Assembly: GCA_051532035.1 (NCBI GenBank)
Contig: JAOPTW010000031.1
Location: forward strand, 1-19,178
Direction: 5' to 3'
Source of the DNA: Fibrobacterales bacterium
Lineage (GTDB): Bacteria > Fibrobacterota > Fibrobacteria > Fibrobacterales > JAOPTW01
Length of the DNA stretch: 19,178 nucleotides
In this document: piece by piece, positions 15,724 to 19,178 of the stretch
How the letters are laid out: each line of letters starts with the position of its first letter
Numbering within the stretch: the first letter of the stretch is position 1
Program-made: the position numbers and the translations under genes
Notes under the pieces: generated by a model
What the model saw: the letters and a program-made list of their open reading frames with translations, nothing else
Database searches by the model: none
Told to the model about the DNA's origin: nothing

Positions 15724-18651
15724 CTACAACCGTATTGAAAGTACATATAGAGGAGTCCACTCATGATCAGCATATTCGAATTCCATCCCACAACGCCACA
15801 AAGTTCGTGAGTTAAAAAATGTGAGGTTTTCCACAATAAGATACATACCGGTAGTATGTACATTATTACTATGCCCTATTGAAGAGGGTACCATATTATT
15901 TCGTTCACTGTTTTGTGTGTACATTGGGCTAAAGAATTCTGGTGTTTGCGGAGAATTATCTGCTGGCACGTTACGGAGAAGACCGTGATATTCCATAAGA
16001 ATATACGGGTTTTTAATAACACTTGAAGAGCCAAAAGAGAACTTTTGTTGGGTGAATTTTAGTGAAAATTCTGCCACTGCACTTACAGAGCTTTTTGAAG
16101 CGGTATTATTATGAGGGGCATTCAAATATCCTGTTATACCACCACTCACTAGTATACTGTTATCGATATCACCATATACTTTTACCTTTGAACTTAAAAC
16201 GGTATACCCATAGTCAACCATTTCATCTTCATCTGCTATTGAGTCATACACAAGTTTCTGATTAAAGAGCAGTTCTGGTGAAATAGAAGCATACAGCCCA
16301 CTATTTACTCCATAGATACCATACTCTTTATCAGAGTATTCCAACCCAAGGGCTAGATGAGCAGATGTATTAAATAAGGTCCATTTATTTTCAGTAAAAT
16401 CTCTACCGGCCCACTGATATTCTCCCCCAGAGTAATTACCTGTTGCAAAGAGTGAAAACAGAGTGCTGAGCTGAACTTCAGAATTCAGATAAAAATTAAG
16501 GAAACTGTTTCGAAGAAAAAGGTCCATGTCAACACCATTCACTGTTTGAGTATTGTCTGCTTTTTCATATGTCCAGTTTGTTACCGTAACTTCAGAACTA
16601 AGATATGGCGTAAATGCTGACGTTGAAATCCCAAGATTTATCTCAGAATCAATTTGGTCACTATAATTAAGTGGTTTATCCTTTTCTGACACATTAAGAG
16701 GCCCTGTATACAGGTCAAGCCCCCCAAATAATGAGGTCCTGCCATCTGGTGTTTGAAAGCGCAACCCCATACCGAGCCCTACTTTTGTACCTGATTTTCG
16801 CGAGTTCTGCGTGGTATCTAATGGTGCATAATTTAAGTTAAGTGAAAAATTATACCCCAAAAAGCGCAGCCTATTTACCCGCTCATCAATTTGTTTAGGA
16901 GTAGTACTTTTGAAATCAGCCTTAAAATCAAATGTTTTAATCCTTGAGTTCTCCATATACTCATCGCTATATGCAACTTCAACCGATTCAAGCTTTTCTT
17001 TAGCAACAACAAAGCCATGTTCAGTATACTCAGTATAGTATACGTGATTATTGAAATAATAGGGTTCAAAAGCACCACCTACCACCGACGTCAACTGTTC
17101 AATTGGCCCATCGGGTAATCTCTTTTGATAAATCTGATGACTCCCCGAATAGTTTGCAGAAAAATATATTATGCCATTGTGCACCACTGGATCTCGCTCA
17201 TCATATTCTGTTTGTATCATTGGATCGAGCTGAGTAGAATCTTCATTAACCGTATAGATATCTTGTCCCAGGTTTGTGATAGCAGTGACAAGAAGAGTAG
17301 AATCTGAACAGGCAAGTGATACGAGATCCATTGAGTGTTCCGCTTTATATATATGTCCATCTAACTCATTCACAGACTTAATAAACTGACTCCCATTTTT
17401 TCGTACTATAACATAGACCCTATTATTACACGGCTGTACCGCATATACTCGTTTCCCAATTACTACAGGTGTAATCTCTTTCCTTGAAGTATTATATCGA
17501 AACAGATTATTTGTAAGGTGTTTATAGTCATTATACTCACCTTGAATATAGTACAGTATATCTCCATGTAATACCGGTGGTCTATATACCCCTTTAGCTA
17601 TACGTTTTTCTTCACCATCACGACGACTATACAGAGATGTTGCCCCATAATCATTCTCTTTAGAAGACAATAAAAAATACTCCTTCTCTGTTTGCACTAT
17701 CCCCCGTTCAACGAGGTATCGATTGTATTCTGGCACTTCTGATATTCTATCCGATTTTTTGAGGCGAACCTGCGAACCATATTTTTCTGAAAGGCTCTTT
17801 TTCCATTGATCAAATACATCTTCAAATGGTGCATTAAAATAATCTTCAATTGCAGTTTTCAAACCTACTTCTTTCCCCTCTGCTAACACTCTCTGAAACC
17901 CAGAAGCTGTAGTCTGCCTATAAATAAATCGCATAAAACTATACCCCTGATTGTAGATCCCCTCCATTGTTCTTGAATCCTCGGAATACGTTTTGAGATG
18001 TGGAAGGGGAATCAATGCATCATTGAGGTATCGTATACGCTCATGCATAGCTCTGTGAGAATCCCAATATTCCCACCCCGCCAATTCTGCACCAAGTTGT
18101 GCCATTCCTTCAACAAGCCACTTCTCTTCATTGTTTCGAGAATAGTTAAAGCGCCCAACCATAGAATAGGGCAACCCTAAAGCTGTATTTTTATGATCTG
18201 CATATGAACGCGCCTTTAAACCAAACCCAAGAAAGCTAGTGTCATACCCAAGTTTCCTCAGACTAAAAATATGTGATAATTCATGAGCAATGACTTCTCT
18301 TAACCAACTACTGCTCCCTCGTAACAATGAATTAGATGATGGTAAATAAATTCCTATCCAGTTTTTAAACCCATAGGCATATCCATTAGAGTAATCAGCC
18401 TCATCGCGAAAAACAACAACAGTTTTTTCATCGAGTGTAAAATCAAATATTCGTGTAAGTCTTTCGTAGCTTTCTTCACAAATAGAAGCGAGATGGTTTA
18501 TTTGAGTATTTTTTTCTGTATCAATAGCATACACAAAGTGCTTTGATTCATAATTAGCATACTCCTGACTCAAACCATTTGTATACAATGCACACAATAG
18601 GAAACATATCAACATAAAAGCCGGGGTAACCGATCTACGATTAACTATCAT
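15724..18651 (-). CDS. Exported protein: HEXXH zinc-metallopeptidase-like domain, TolB/WD40-like beta-propeller, probable C-terminal outer-membrane barrel
   Basis: 975-aa ORF; signal peptide; YSNGYA and VIAHELSH; downstream WLVEGMAQ (gluzincin third-ligand Glu); repeats such as ERDPVV..IYFSANYSGSHQIY; beta-rich C-terminus; AAGGA RBS. Confidence 0.85.
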   Translation of the reverse strand: MIVNRRSVTPAFMLICFLLCALYTNGLSQEYANYESKHFVYAIDTEKNTQINHLASICEESYERLTRIFDFTLDEKTVVVFRDEADYSNGYAYGFKNWIGIYLPSSNSLLRGSSSWLREVIAHELSHIFSLRKLGYDTSFLGFGLKARSYADHKNTALGLPYSMVGRFNYSRNNEEKWLVEGMAQLGAELAGWEYWDSHRAMHERIRYLNDALIPLPHLKTYSEDSRTMEGIYNQGYSFMRFIYRQTTASGFQRVLAEGKEVGLKTAIEDYFNAPFEDVFDQWKKSLSEKYGSQVRLKKSDRISEVPEYNRYLVERGIVQTEKEYFLLSSKENDYGATSLYSRRDGEEKRIAKGVYRPPVLHGDILYYIQGEYNDYKHLTNNLFRYNTSRKEITPVVIGKRVYAVQPCNNRVYVIVRKNGSQFIKSVNELDGHIYKAEHSMDLVSLACSDSTLLVTAITNLGQDIYTVNEDSTQLDPMIQTEYDERDPVVHNGIIYFSANYSGSHQIYQKRLPDGPIEQLTSVVGGAFEPYYFNNHVYYTEYTEHGFVVAKEKLESVEVAYSDEYMENSRIKTFDFKADFKSTTPKQIDERVNRLRFLGYNFSLNLNYAPLDTTQNSRKSGTKVGLGMGLRFQTPDGRTSLFGGLDLYTGPLNVSEKDKPLNYSDQIDSEINLGISTSAFTPYLSSEVTVTNWTYEKADNTQTVNGVDMDLFLRNSFLNFYLNSEVQLSTLFSLFATGNYSGGEYQWAGRDFTENKWTLFNTSAHLALGLEYSDKEYGIYGVNSGLYASISPELLFNQKLVYDSIADEDEMVDYGYTVLSSKVKVYGDIDNSILVSGGITGYLNAPHNNTASKSSVSAVAEFSLKFTQQKFSFGSSSVIKNPYILMEYHGLLRNVPADNSPQTPEFFSPMYTQNSERNNMVPSSIGHSNNVHTTGMYLIVENLTFFNSRTLWRCGMEFEYADHEWTPLYVLSIRL

Positions 18652-18909
18652 AGAGTATTCCTTAAGTGGGTAGAGTTAGAGGATTATATAAAAGGGGATG
18701 TAAACACGGGTAACCGAAGGTAGAAAATAACAGTAGAACTGTGAATGGTTACCATCAGTAAGCAAATACAGCCATCCTACCCCCTACCACAAACCCATTT
18801 CAAACTGCTCTCAATTTGAGAACACTATATTACATTGCTCGTACGTACTTCAATATAAAAAGAGTAGCTAAATGCTATTTTATACATATTGAACGTTAAG
18901 GATACTCTT

Positions 18910-19178
18910 ATGAAAAAGCACATTCTCACATTATTAGTTATTCCACTAGTACTTACTCAATGTATAAGTAACGCACCAGAAGAGACATCTCAAAATGAGT
19001 CATCAAGCGCCTTACAACAAGAGAGTTCAAATGAATCCACAAGTAGCGAAGCAATGAATGATTCTTCAAACGACAGAGTATCATCAAACGACAATCCACT
19101 CGAGAGTTCGAGCAGTGAGACTGATTCATCTGAGCAACCAATCAGCTCTTCAGAACCGGGAACATCTTCAGAAAGCTC
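18910..19178 (+). CDS. Lipoprotein with Ser-rich linker, 5' part (runs off the window end)
   Basis: ATG at 18910 after AAGGA: MKKHILTLLVIPLVLTQCISNAPEETSQNESSS..., open to the end; lipobox LTQC. Confidence 0.82.
   Translation, partial: MKKHILTLLVIPLVLTQCISNAPEETSQNESSSALQQESSNESTSSEAMNDSSNDRVSSNDNPLESSSSETDSSEQPISSSEPGTSSES

Overview
AT-rich bacterial window; the Ser-rich lipoproteins and outer-membrane barrel proteins suggest a diderm, possibly Fibrobacterota-like host (inference only). About 230-15715 is an array of short, unrelated, mostly minus-strand genes: an Imm53 immunity protein, small membrane proteins and lipoproteins, HicAB and a ParE/RelE-type toxin-antitoxin pair. They are separated by about 12 full or partial copies of one modular non-coding repeat of up to ~545 bp. 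Seven gene units start on the + strand at GTT(RRRY)-like and end at (RYYY)AAC-like motifs. The two ends of each unit are complementary to each other over 9-12 bp but differ between units, which is the signature of integron-type gene cassettes. However, the DNA between cassettes is far longer than a canonical attC, has no canonical L-box stem and carries a conserved -10-like hexamer aimed at the next cassette. No integrase is in the window. The right end holds a 975-aa HEXXH peptidase/propeller/barrel protein and the start of a Ser-rich lipoprotein.
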